From Selaginella moellendorffii (taxonomy: Eukaryota; Plantae; Lycopodiophyta): a DNA stretch of 64,000 nt. Where the stretch lies: the NCBI RefSeq assembly GCF_000143415.4, contig NW_003314261.1, positions 3,526,880 through 3,590,879 on the forward strand. Reading direction: 5' to 3'. Position 1 is the first letter of the stretch. Each line of letters opens with the position of its first letter. The notes beneath the pieces are model-generated. The model searched no databases. It had not been told where the DNA came from and saw only the letters and a list, made by a program, of their open reading frames with translations. The translations under genes and the position numbers were made by a program. This document shows positions 27,200 to 36,530 of the stretch, in pieces.

Positions 27200-29401
27200 T
27201 CATCCTCCTTTCGTTCTAAGACTGTGGCCTCTCTCCGACGCAGATAGTGTGTTTGATACTGCTAGATACGGAACAGCATCTTTAAGGTCAAGACGCAAGC
27301 TCTTTTCAGCAGCAAAAAGAACTCGACGACGACCATCTCTCTGTAGCATGCACGCACTAAACAGCGACGTCCATGCCATGGATCCAGGCAAGTAAGGCAT
27401 GCTGTTGACGAGCTCATCAGCTTCTTGCAGATATCCAACGCGTCCCATGAGATCTAGCATGCAATTAAAGTGGTCCATCGTCGGGAGAAGGCCGTGGTCC
27501 TCGCTCATGGACCTGAAGTACTTCCTGCCTTGAGCTAGTAACCCGGCATGGCTACAGGCCGCGAGAATGGTGATAAAGGCAACATCGTCCGGCTTAACAC
27601 CGTCAGCTTCCATTGCAAGAACAAGCTCCAGGGCAGCGTGGTGTGATCCGTTTTGAGCATAAGCCGAGATGATCGCCGTCCAGGAAACCGTCGTGGGCCG
27701 AGGTATGCTGTCGAAAACTCTTCTAGCTCTCTCGACGGCTCCAAGCTTACCATACATATCTACGATGGCATTCAGGACACAGGTTTCTCTATAAGCGATC
27801 TGGCTCAAAACGCTGCGGACGAGCTCCCAGTTAACTCCGGCGGTCACAAGGCTCACACACGCAGCGATGACACTCACGAACGTAACGCTGTCGGGTGACA
27901 CACCCCTGTTCTTCATCTCGCCAAACGCTTGAATGGCTTCCATGCCATGCCCAAGCTGGGCATACGCACCGATCATGGCATTCCAAGGCACGGCATGCTG
28001 GCACGGCAGCTGACACAGCATCTCACGGGCGTAAGCCAGATGCCCAGCTTGGGCATATGCTGCTAGAAGCACTGTCCATGACACTACATTCCACTCCGGC
28101 ATTAGGTCGAAAAGCCACTTCGCGTTTTCTATATGCCCGGCATGGGCATTTGCAAAGACCATAGAGTTCCAAGTAGAAGCGTCACGCTGTGGCATCCGCA
28201 TGAACAAGTTGCTACATTCACTTAACTGCCCATTTGTGGCATATGCGTTGATCATAGCATTCCACGAAACCAAATCCCAGTTAGGCATCTTTTCAAACAA
28301 GAGCCTCGCATCTCCTAGACGGCCGTGGCGAGCATATTCCAGTATCATGATTGTCCAAGAGGCCATGTCCCACTCGGGCATGGTGTCAAAGATTCTCTTT
28401 ACACTACCAAAATCTCCTAACGCGGCATAAGCTTGCGCCATGGCATTCCACGTCACAATGTCCTTGTACGGCATTCTCTCGAAAATATCCTCAAAGTGGC
28501 CCAGGCACGCAATCACCGCATTGCAGGAGACCGTACTCCACTCGGGCATCTTGTGGAACATCAAAAAGGCATCTTCCGTGCATCCGTACTTGGCCGTGGC
28601 CGTGACCATAGCCGTCCAGGAGACGAGGCTCCTCTGGGGCATCTTGTTAAACAAGTCCTTTGCGTGGGAAAGTTGGCCATGCTGGGCGTACCCGCTGATC
28701 ACAGCCGTCCATGTTATCACGTCCGGGAGAGGCATATTCTTGAAAAGATTATATGCCTGGTCTGTATGCCCTTGTTGGGCATACGAGGAGATCATGGCGT
28801 TCCAACATACAACGTCGCGTTCCGGCATTCTATCAAACAAGTATCTTGCCTCGGCAACTTTCCTGCTTTGGGCATATGCTGTGATTAGAGTCGTGTAGCA
28901 AACCATGTCTTTGTTGGACATTTGATCAAACAAAACCCTTGCTTGATCGGCATGCCCGTTACGGGCATATGCCAGGAGCATGGTGGTGATTGAGATTTCA
29001 TCCTTCTGGGCCAGTGCCTCGAAAAAATCCTTCGTTTTATCAAGGTCCCCGCCCTTAGCATACGCCGCAAGCATGGCATTACTAGACACGATGTTTTGCT
29101 CCGGCATAGAATCAAAGATTCTCTTGGATTCTTCCAAATGCCCGTTGTGGGCATAAGCGGCCAGCAAGAGATTCCAGGAGTAGACATTAGGACTACCGAG
29201 TCCATGAAAAACTTGTTTGGCTCCTGCGACATCGCCACACTTCCCATACATCTCTATCACTAAATTGGCCAGAAATCTATTTGCACAATGCAGGCTCTTT
29301 GATAGAGATGCGTGAATGCGTCTGCCTTCAGTCAAATTTCTAGTTTTGCCACACAACTTCAGTCTGGAAACATACTCTTGAATGTCGCTGCCAACTTCCA
29401 T
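27200..29401 (-). CDS. PLS-class PPR protein with E domain and no DYW; intronless
   Basis: Many ~31-aa (D/N)xVSWNAMxxAYAxxG repeats; ends FITILAACSHAG...MLDLMGRVG...AWTSLFSAC. First ATG at 29401. Confidence 0.93.
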   Translation of the reverse strand: MEVGSDIQEYVSRLKLCGKTRNLTEGRRIHASLSKSLHCANRFLANLVIEMYGKCGDVAGAKQVFHGLGSPNVYSWNLLLAAYAHNGHLEESKRIFDSMPEQNIVSSNAMLAAYAKGGDLDKTKDFFEALAQKDEISITTMLLAYARNGHADQARVLFDQMSNKDMVCYTTLITAYAQSRKVAEARYLFDRMPERDVVCWNAMISSYAQQGHTDQAYNLFKNMPLPDVITWTAVISGYAQHGQLSHAKDLFNKMPQRSLVSWTAMVTATAKYGCTEDAFLMFHKMPEWSTVSCNAVIACLGHFEDIFERMPYKDIVTWNAMAQAYAALGDFGSVKRIFDTMPEWDMASWTIMILEYARHGRLGDARLLFEKMPNWDLVSWNAMINAYATNGQLSECSNLFMRMPQRDASTWNSMVFANAHAGHIENAKWLFDLMPEWNVVSWTVLLAAYAQAGHLAYAREMLCQLPCQHAVPWNAMIGAYAQLGHGMEAIQAFGEMKNRGVSPDSVTFVSVIAACVSLVTAGVNWELVRSVLSQIAYRETCVLNAIVDMYGKLGAVERARRVFDSIPRPTTVSWTAIISAYAQNGSHHAALELVLAMEADGVKPDDVAFITILAACSHAGLLAQGRKYFRSMSEDHGLLPTMDHFNCMLDLMGRVGYLQEADELVNSMPYLPGSMAWTSLFSACMLQRDGRRRVLFAAEKSLRLDLKDAVPYLAVSNTLSASERGHSLRTKGG

Positions 29402-29444
29402 TACTTTCGAATGCAAAGTGGCATACCCGTGAAGTATTTTCTAG

Positions 29445-31389
29445 TTAACTCTTGCTCAACTTGGTCACAATTCCAACTCGCAAACACTGATCGAAAGAGC
29501 CCAAAACAGCTAGACCCTCCTTGTCAGGACTCCTGCAACATTTCCATCAGCACCACTAAACCAGATTTTTCTTTTTTTCACGCAAAGACGAACCAGCCGA
29601 ATGCACCTATTGGTTGTGTCGAGAGAACTTTGGACGACAAAAGGTGAACTTGACCCAGAACCTGTCACCAAAAGCAAAGAATTGTGAGACAATTCAGATG
29701 GAAGATGTGAATTGTCCTTACTCCGTAAGATTTCCCATCGACGTCCTTCATCGATCGTTGATCCGGATACGAATACTTGTAGATGCTGACAGAGCCATCA
29801 CCACCTAAAACGGCGAAGATATCTCTGTTTTGTGGGAGGTGCTTCACTCCCCAGATCGTTGTCCCGTGAGATACCTGTGATTCAAATCACAACGCTAAAG
29901 ATAAAAAGTCGAGAAATACCAGCAAAAGCTCACCTTCTCGGTCAGGGACGAGTAGCCATTTTCTGGGTGATGAGTCCTCATGTCATAAACCTGCCAGAAG
30001 CTCTCAGCTTTCTTGAAAGTTAAGGTGGAATGGAATATACTTACATGAAAGGTCGCTTCCAGTGTTGTTGCCACAAGCTTGTTCATTTTGACGTCCTTGC
30101 GATCAAACTCAACACCACAAACCTGCAGCAGTTTATTAGACTTAGAAGCTCAAGCTCAAGTTCACGTTTACGTACTCCATTCCGAACTGTGGTCTGCCAG
30201 CGAACGCTTCCAGTCCTTAGATCAAAAAGCTTTATGTCACCATTATCGTAGCCTTGAAATAAAAGAAACCAGCCACTGCAGCGAACTCAGCACAAGAGGC
30301 AAAAGTGGAAATAGTACCGGCTGCAACACAACGTTCTTCGTCATTGTATGAATTTCCTGCCAATGCCAGAATTTGCCATGGTGAAGGAAAAAACGCGACA
30401 CAGCCATCTTACCAAATGCTACTGTCCAGCAGTCTCTTGCAGCGTCTGCTCGCTCCGGCTCAAACGAAGATACCTAGCACAGCTTATTCGATATAAATTC
30501 TAGAAAGAAAACTATGCCACACGGTACTCACTGGCTCGTCCTTCTGCCGAGGATCCCATACACAAACACGTCCTGAGGAAATGGAGTTCATCAATCAGAA
30601 CATATGCTAAACAGAAGAGTACCATCCCGTGATCCCGTAACAATTTCTGGAGCTCCAAAACCAAGCCCCGAGCCTCCAACGCCATCAATCGCATTGATGA
30701 TTGTTTCATGAGCTGCGGAAGTGTTAAAAACTATGGTTTGTCGGGAAGAACAAAACAGCTATCTACCTTTGCAATGATAGACGGGATAACCAAGTCGTTC
30801 GAGGTCCCAGATTTGCAAGTTTCCCTTAAAATCCCCTGTTGCTAGCTGACGATTCACCTGAAGCAAAAGAAAAAATAATATCCAACTATTTAGCACCAGA
30901 TACAGGGTGCTTACGAGGTCCGAGGCACCAAACGTCCCACACTTGAAACTAAACTGCTTGTCCACCTGAAAACTCGAATTTTTTACGTGATTTCCAGCCA
31001 CAGTACGCATCAAGAACAAACCTCTTCGAGCTTGTTGACATCGTTCCCTTGAAGCTCATAGACCTGAGTTTATGGAAGCAAATAAGAAAGAACTTCTCGT
31101 TTTAAACCAGGAAAGAAGAAAGAAGCCAAGAAAGAAAAGCTGTAAAGTAGAGATCCCTGCATTAATGCGTTTCTAACCTGGATAGTCCCTGTGGAGCGCG
31201 CACTCGATCCCAAGAGAACGAACCGCGCACTGCATCAAAAATTCCCAGTAGCTCGCTGCTAGAGCTAAGTTTTTCCCACGGATTCCACACAGATTACCTG
31301 CTGGGGACCCAGAGCGTGTCGTAGATCGTGCAGGTGAGCGTCTTGGAGACGTGCTGGAGGATCTGTGGAGCATTCCGCGCGTCCGCCAT
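29445..31389 (-). CDS. WDR92: WD40 protein WDR92/DNAAF10 (axonemal dynein assembly factor), multi-exon
   Basis: Spliced translation [31 protein letters not shown]...FKCGTFGAS...[16 protein letters not shown]...[10 protein letters not shown]...[10 protein letters not shown]...[39 protein letters not shown]. Confidence 0.9.
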
Positions 31390-31445
31390 GCTCAAAATTT
31401 AGGGCAAGCTAGGGCTCTTCACACAAGTTTAAATATTTGTTTTTC

Positions 31446-32465
31446 TTATTGCAAAGCCTTTTGGCTCTCGGGAGCTTTCAAAACTTTAAATCCATTGGGA
31501 CTCCAGCGACACAAAAGGCTCATTCTAAAGGGAGCCATTTTCACTCCCAAGAGCCTCTGCAAGGAAAGAAGAAACATTAGAGCGCTAGAAGCGATGGTTT
31601 TTTGTGATGACTCACAAGTATCCGCGATGCTTCTGGCGAGATTGCTTCGCCTTCTCGACACACGGTGTAATCGCCGACCAGCTCCACAACGCCTGCAAGC
31701 CGGAGTTAGTCTAGCTCTCGCTTGATCTTCATACCTCTGTTTAGACGAACAGGCATTCCTTGCTTTCGCAGAAATGGCTCCATCTCGTGCGTGAATTGCT
31801 CCAGTGGGCCTTCGTTGAGTTCCACCTGTGTAGTCACTCACAGTGAGCTACACGAAGAAAACCACGCAAAAGCAAAAGCATTGTCTACACGCACCGTTTC
31901 AGTCGCCGTGCTGCCAGTTCGAGCGAAATCCAGCTCCTCGAAGTCTGTGAAAATCCTGCGATATCATTCCCCTTAGAGCGATGAAGCAAATTTTTTCTTC
32001 AAAACGAACCTGGCCACCTCTTCGTTTGGCAAATTCGTGAAGAGCATTCCCGTGTTCCCGCAAAGGAACTCGCTGGCTTTATGGATCCCTTCCTTCACCT
32101 CGTCGGAAGGGCCCTTTCCAATCGCTATTTGCAGAACCTTGTTCGATCCAAGGAAAAATCTGTGTATAGCCACATTTTGTCACAGATCCAGCAGCGAAGA
32201 ACAAAGAAAGGAATTTAGACCTGGTGCTGGATTTGAGCTCGTCCCGGAGAGCCTTGAACTTCCCATTGCGCATATTTTCGAAGGAGAAGACATAGAGCTC
32301 CCTAAACTCCTCCGAGGCCTTCCTCACGGCGGTAACAATGGATTCCTTGTGCTCCCGGCCCTTCTTCTTCGTCTTGGACAATGTAACTGCGAGAAAATCA
32401 CGATGAGAGCGAGAAAATCGCGCATTCTATCGCTCACCTAGCTTGTTGCGTTTCGACTTCGGCAT
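31446..32465 (-). CDS. MRT4: Ribosome assembly factor MRT4 (RPLP0 paralogue), multi-exon
   Basis: MPKSKRNKL/VTLSKTKKKGREHK, ENMRN, FFLGSNKVLQIAIG, DFARTG, FTHEMEPFLRKQGMPVRLNRG, RLLGVKMA. Confidence 0.93.
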
Positions 32466-32979
32466 TGCGGCTTCCTCTCTCTCCCCCGCTAGAACCCTAA
32501 AAACGCCCTGACGGAATATTCCGCTGGAGGCTTGAAAGATCTATAGACGGAACCGACGTTACCTCCATTTTTTAGGTCAGCCCCGGTGATATTTTGGCTT
32601 CGCCTTTGGGGTAGGGTTTCAAGAGCAAGGCGCGCCGTCGCGGATCGCCGATTTGAAGCAGTACTGGTATCGTATCGTGATTCTTCTCCTCTCGAGCTCA
32701 AAGATCTAGGATTTCTCCGCAAGAAATTTCCTTTTTCTTGTTGCCCTTTGATGCTGATCTTCTGCCGCCTCCACACACACATACCACGCATCAGAAAAAA
32801 AGAGTTCTCTGCCTGTTACTGGGTCGTAATCTCCTTCTTTCGCCTGGCTGCGCTGATTTGTGTCATCGTCCTCTTCCTCGCCAAGCTTGGATCCACTCAT
32901 CTTTGGTACTGAAGCCTCTATTTGGGTCTTCTTTTTCACAGTGGCAACGATCTCGGTCGATCCGTCCAGCTCCTCGGCC

Positions 32980-34025
32980 ATGTCGAACATAGATCAGTCC
33001 TTGGATGATATTATCAAGAGCAACAAGGCCGGGGCTAGAGGCGCCGGCAAGAGGCGGCGGGGGGGCGGCGGTGGTGCCGGCGGTTCTCGGGCCTCGGGCC
33101 CTATCCGTAACGCCCCTAACCGCCTCGGGCCCCGGACGACACCGTCTTCCATTGGAAAGGCAAGCTCTAGGAACCGGCTCTAGAATGGCGCGGTGGTCTC
33201 ATCTTCTTCTTTTTCTCAGCGTTCTCGGCGGAGTGCTCCAGAGGGTGCCGGTGTCGGTGCCGGTGCCGGTGCTTGGCAGCATGACATGTTTGAAGATGGG
33301 TTCGTGGGTGGTGGTGCCCGGACTAAGCCCGTCGGTATTGAGACTGGCACCAAGCTTTTTATCTCTAACCTCGACCACGGCGTCTCCACTGACGATATCA
33401 AGGTTTGTGTTTTTGTCTCGTGATGCTTTTATCTTTTTCTCATGTTGGGTGTTCTCTTCTCTTGGCAGGAGCTCTTCTCCGAGCAGGGAGACTTGAAGCG
33501 GTGCGCAGTCCACTTCGACAGAAGTGGAAGATCAAAGGTATTTCCCTCCAGGATTGTTTTAAAAATTTCTGACTGCTTTTTTGTTTTTGAATTGCAGTGT
33601 ACAGCGGACGTGGTCTTCGCCAGGAAGTACGATGCACTCAAGGCGATGAAGCACTATAACAATGTCCAACTCGATGGAAAGCCCATGAAGATCGAGTGCT
33701 TGGGCACTAACATTGCCACCGCCTTTGCTGCCAGGTACGTCCTCACCGATCGATTGTGCAAGTTCTAAAAACTCGGAGCAGTGTCAACGCTGTGAGCAAC
33801 ACGAACGGCGGCGGCGGCGGCGGCGGCGGCTTACGAACTCCCGGACGAGGCCGGATTGGGAAGCGAATCCGGCGGAAGCCTGCCATCGCCGGGGGACCTA
33901 AAGGTGGTCTGCTGGGCGGCGCCGCCGGCGGTAAAGGCAAGGGAGGAGGAAAGCCCGTAGTGAAGTCGGCCCAAGAGCTGGATGCTGATCTAGAGAACTA
34001 TCACGCAGAGGCAATGCAGACATAA
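32980..34025 (+). CDS. ALY: ALY/REF (THO complex subunit 4) mRNA export adaptor
   Basis: N-terminal box [26 protein letters not shown]...[15 protein letters not shown]-terminal box [14 protein letters not shown]. First intron is GC-AG (33160-33219). Confidence 0.92.
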
Positions 34026-34165
34026 GAAAGCGGACAAAACAACGTAAGCCTCTACTCTCTCTGGGTTCTCTCCTCTCTCTCCAAAATCAAAGGATGGTGG
34101 TGTATAGGCACAGACGAAACTTCTCAGCTGGCAAGAACTGGATGTAAAATTAATTTTGGCTTGGA

Positions 34166-36487
34166 TTAACTTTGAAAGACAATTTGAGGATCCGTTACAA
34201 CGTTTCTCAAGAGCATGAAAGCCGAGCCGACTTGGTCCGAGTCCTCTTGCTCGATCACCACGTCCGCGGCTCGGTTACCTCGGTGCTTGTCACCGTGGAG
34301 CTTACACGCCGATAGCAGAGTCGTCCATGCAACGTCCCCGGGCAAGAAGGGCATGCTCGTGATGAGCTCCTCGGCCTCGAGGAGCCATCCTGCCCGTCCA
34401 AACACGTCGATCATACAGTGGTAGTGGTCCCACGTCACCGCCATCCCGTGGTCGCGGGTGATGGAGTGGACGTAGTCCCGTGCCTGGCGGACCAGTCCCA
34501 AGTGGCTACACGCGGAGAGGATGCTGACGAAGACAACCGAGCACGCGCCCACGCCCTCGGCGTTCATGACGTGGAAGAGCTCAAGCGCCTGGGCGCCATG
34601 GCCGTTCTGGGCATATGCCGCCACCATGGCGGTCCACGTCACCGCGTTCCTTACCTGCTGGGAGTCGAAGAGCCGCCGCGCGGGGCCGAGCTGGCCGCAC
34701 TTGCCGTACATGTTGACCAGCGCTCCCGCCACGACGACGTCGACGTGGACGCCCGCGTGGACGGCGTCGGCGTGCGCGAGGCGGCCCAGGCCCAGCGATC
34801 CAACGCCCGCGCACGCGTCGAGAACGCTGGCGTATGTACTGATGTCCGGGCGAACGCCGTCGAGGTCCATGAGGCGGAAGAGGCGTATCGCCTGCCACCC
34901 ACGGCCGTTCTGGGCGTTCGCGGCGATTATAGCGCTCCACGCCACCACGTCGCGGCGCGGCATTCTTTCAAACAGGTCCCGGGCCTCATCCAGCCGTCCG
35001 TTCTGGGACAACGCCGCGATCGCGGCCGTCCAGGAAACCATGTTCCTCTCGGGCATTTGCTCGAACGCCGCCTTGGCCTCCTCGGCAAGCCCGTTTTGAC
35101 CGAACCCGGAGATGATCGCGTTCCAGGTGACGATGTCGCGGCGGGGGATACGATCGAAGAGCTCCGCGGCCTCGAGGACGAATCCATGCTGCGCGTAAGT
35201 GGCGATCATCGTGTTCCAAGAAACCACATTCCTCTCCGGGATGGATCGGAAGAGACGCTCCGCCTCGCGGAGCTCCCCGAGCTGCGAGAATCCCACCATC
35301 ATCGAGTTCCAGGAGAGGACGTCGTGGTGGGGCATCTGATCGAACAGGCCCTTGGCATCCTGGAAGCGAAGATTATCAATGCACGCCTGGATCATCGCGT
35401 TCCAGGTGACCGTGTCCCTCGCGGGGGCCTCGAGGAAGAACCGGCGCGCCTCGCTCAAGTGCCCGTGGAGGCCATAGCCCGTGATCATCGAGTTCCAGGC
35501 CGAGACCGTCTTCTCCGGCATCTCCGCAAACAATGTTTTCGCGCGCTGGAAGTTCCCGGCCTGCGCATATGCCGCCAGGAGCGACGTCCACGCCACCGTG
35601 TTGCGCTGCTTCATTCCTCTAAAGATCTCGCTGGCCTCTTCCAAATGCCCGGCTTGGGCATATGCCGTCACCATAGCCGAGCACGACACAACGTCCCACT
35701 CGGGCATCCGGTCGTACGTCCGTCGGGCCTCGACCACCTGGCCGTTTTGGACATGTACGGCAAGGACGGCCGTCCACGTCACCACGTTCCGACGTGGCAT
35801 CGTCTCAAACAAGTCTTTGCACTCCCTGTGATGCCCGGCTTGGGCATAAATCGAAATAAGTGTATTCCACGTAATTATGTCCCATTGGGGCATCTTGTGA
35901 AACAAAGCTCGTGCTTTGTCCAAATCTCCATCTTGTGCAAAGCAGGAGATTAGACAGTTCCATGATACCATGTCATGGCAAGGCATATCTCTAAAGAGTT
36001 GCTTAGAGTCTTCCAGAAACCCCTTTTGGGCATTTGCTGAAAGGAGCGTATTCCACGAGATTAGGTCAGGATTGGGCATATCGCGAAAGAGAGCCCTGAC
36101 TTCGTGTAGGTGCCCGGCTTGGGAATATGCCGTGATCATCTCGTTCCACGATACGGTGTCACGCTGCGGCATTTCATCGAAGAACGATCGCGCGCGGTGG
36201 AGGCCGCCACCGCTGCGGGCATGGATCCACGCGGAGAGCATGAGATTCCAGGAGAACTGGTTGGGATCGCGAATGGCGTCGAAGACGCGGCGCGCGTCCT
36301 CCACGCCACCGCATTTGCCATACATCTCCACGAGCAGATTGTTCAGGTAGCGATCCAGCGGGTAATCGGCGGCGATGATCCGGGCATGGATCTGCCTCGC
36401 ACGGTCGAGATTCCTCTCGGATCCACAGCTGCGGATGAGCTGCGCATAGATCGCCGCCTCGGAAATGCCCGATCGAGTTGCGAGCAT
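34166..36487 (-). CDS. PLS-class PPR protein with E domain and no DYW; intronless
   Basis: 773-aa ORF of tandem PPR motifs ending FVSILSACSHLG...MIDVFGRAG...AWTTLLSACKLHGD. Confidence 0.94.
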   Translation of the reverse strand: MLATRSGISEAAIYAQLIRSCGSERNLDRARQIHARIIAADYPLDRYLNNLLVEMYGKCGGVEDARRVFDAIRDPNQFSWNLMLSAWIHARSGGGLHRARSFFDEMPQRDTVSWNEMITAYSQAGHLHEVRALFRDMPNPDLISWNTLLSANAQKGFLEDSKQLFRDMPCHDMVSWNCLISCFAQDGDLDKARALFHKMPQWDIITWNTLISIYAQAGHHRECKDLFETMPRRNVVTWTAVLAVHVQNGQVVEARRTYDRMPEWDVVSCSAMVTAYAQAGHLEEASEIFRGMKQRNTVAWTSLLAAYAQAGNFQRAKTLFAEMPEKTVSAWNSMITGYGLHGHLSEARRFFLEAPARDTVTWNAMIQACIDNLRFQDAKGLFDQMPHHDVLSWNSMMVGFSQLGELREAERLFRSIPERNVVSWNTMIATYAQHGFVLEAAELFDRIPRRDIVTWNAIISGFGQNGLAEEAKAAFEQMPERNMVSWTAAIAALSQNGRLDEARDLFERMPRRDVVAWSAIIAANAQNGRGWQAIRLFRLMDLDGVRPDISTYASVLDACAGVGSLGLGRLAHADAVHAGVHVDVVVAGALVNMYGKCGQLGPARRLFDSQQVRNAVTWTAMVAAYAQNGHGAQALELFHVMNAEGVGACSVVFVSILSACSHLGLVRQARDYVHSITRDHGMAVTWDHYHCMIDVFGRAGWLLEAEELITSMPFLPGDVAWTTLLSACKLHGDKHRGNRAADVVIEQEDSDQVGSAFMLLRNVVTDPQIVFQS

Positions 36488-36530
36488 AGAATTTCATCTC
36501 AATCGACTGTGATAGATCATCACTCTGTTT

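Noticed and set aside
34418-35953. 511-aa plus-strand ORF
   Set aside because: Antisense shadow of a GC3-rich PPR gene.
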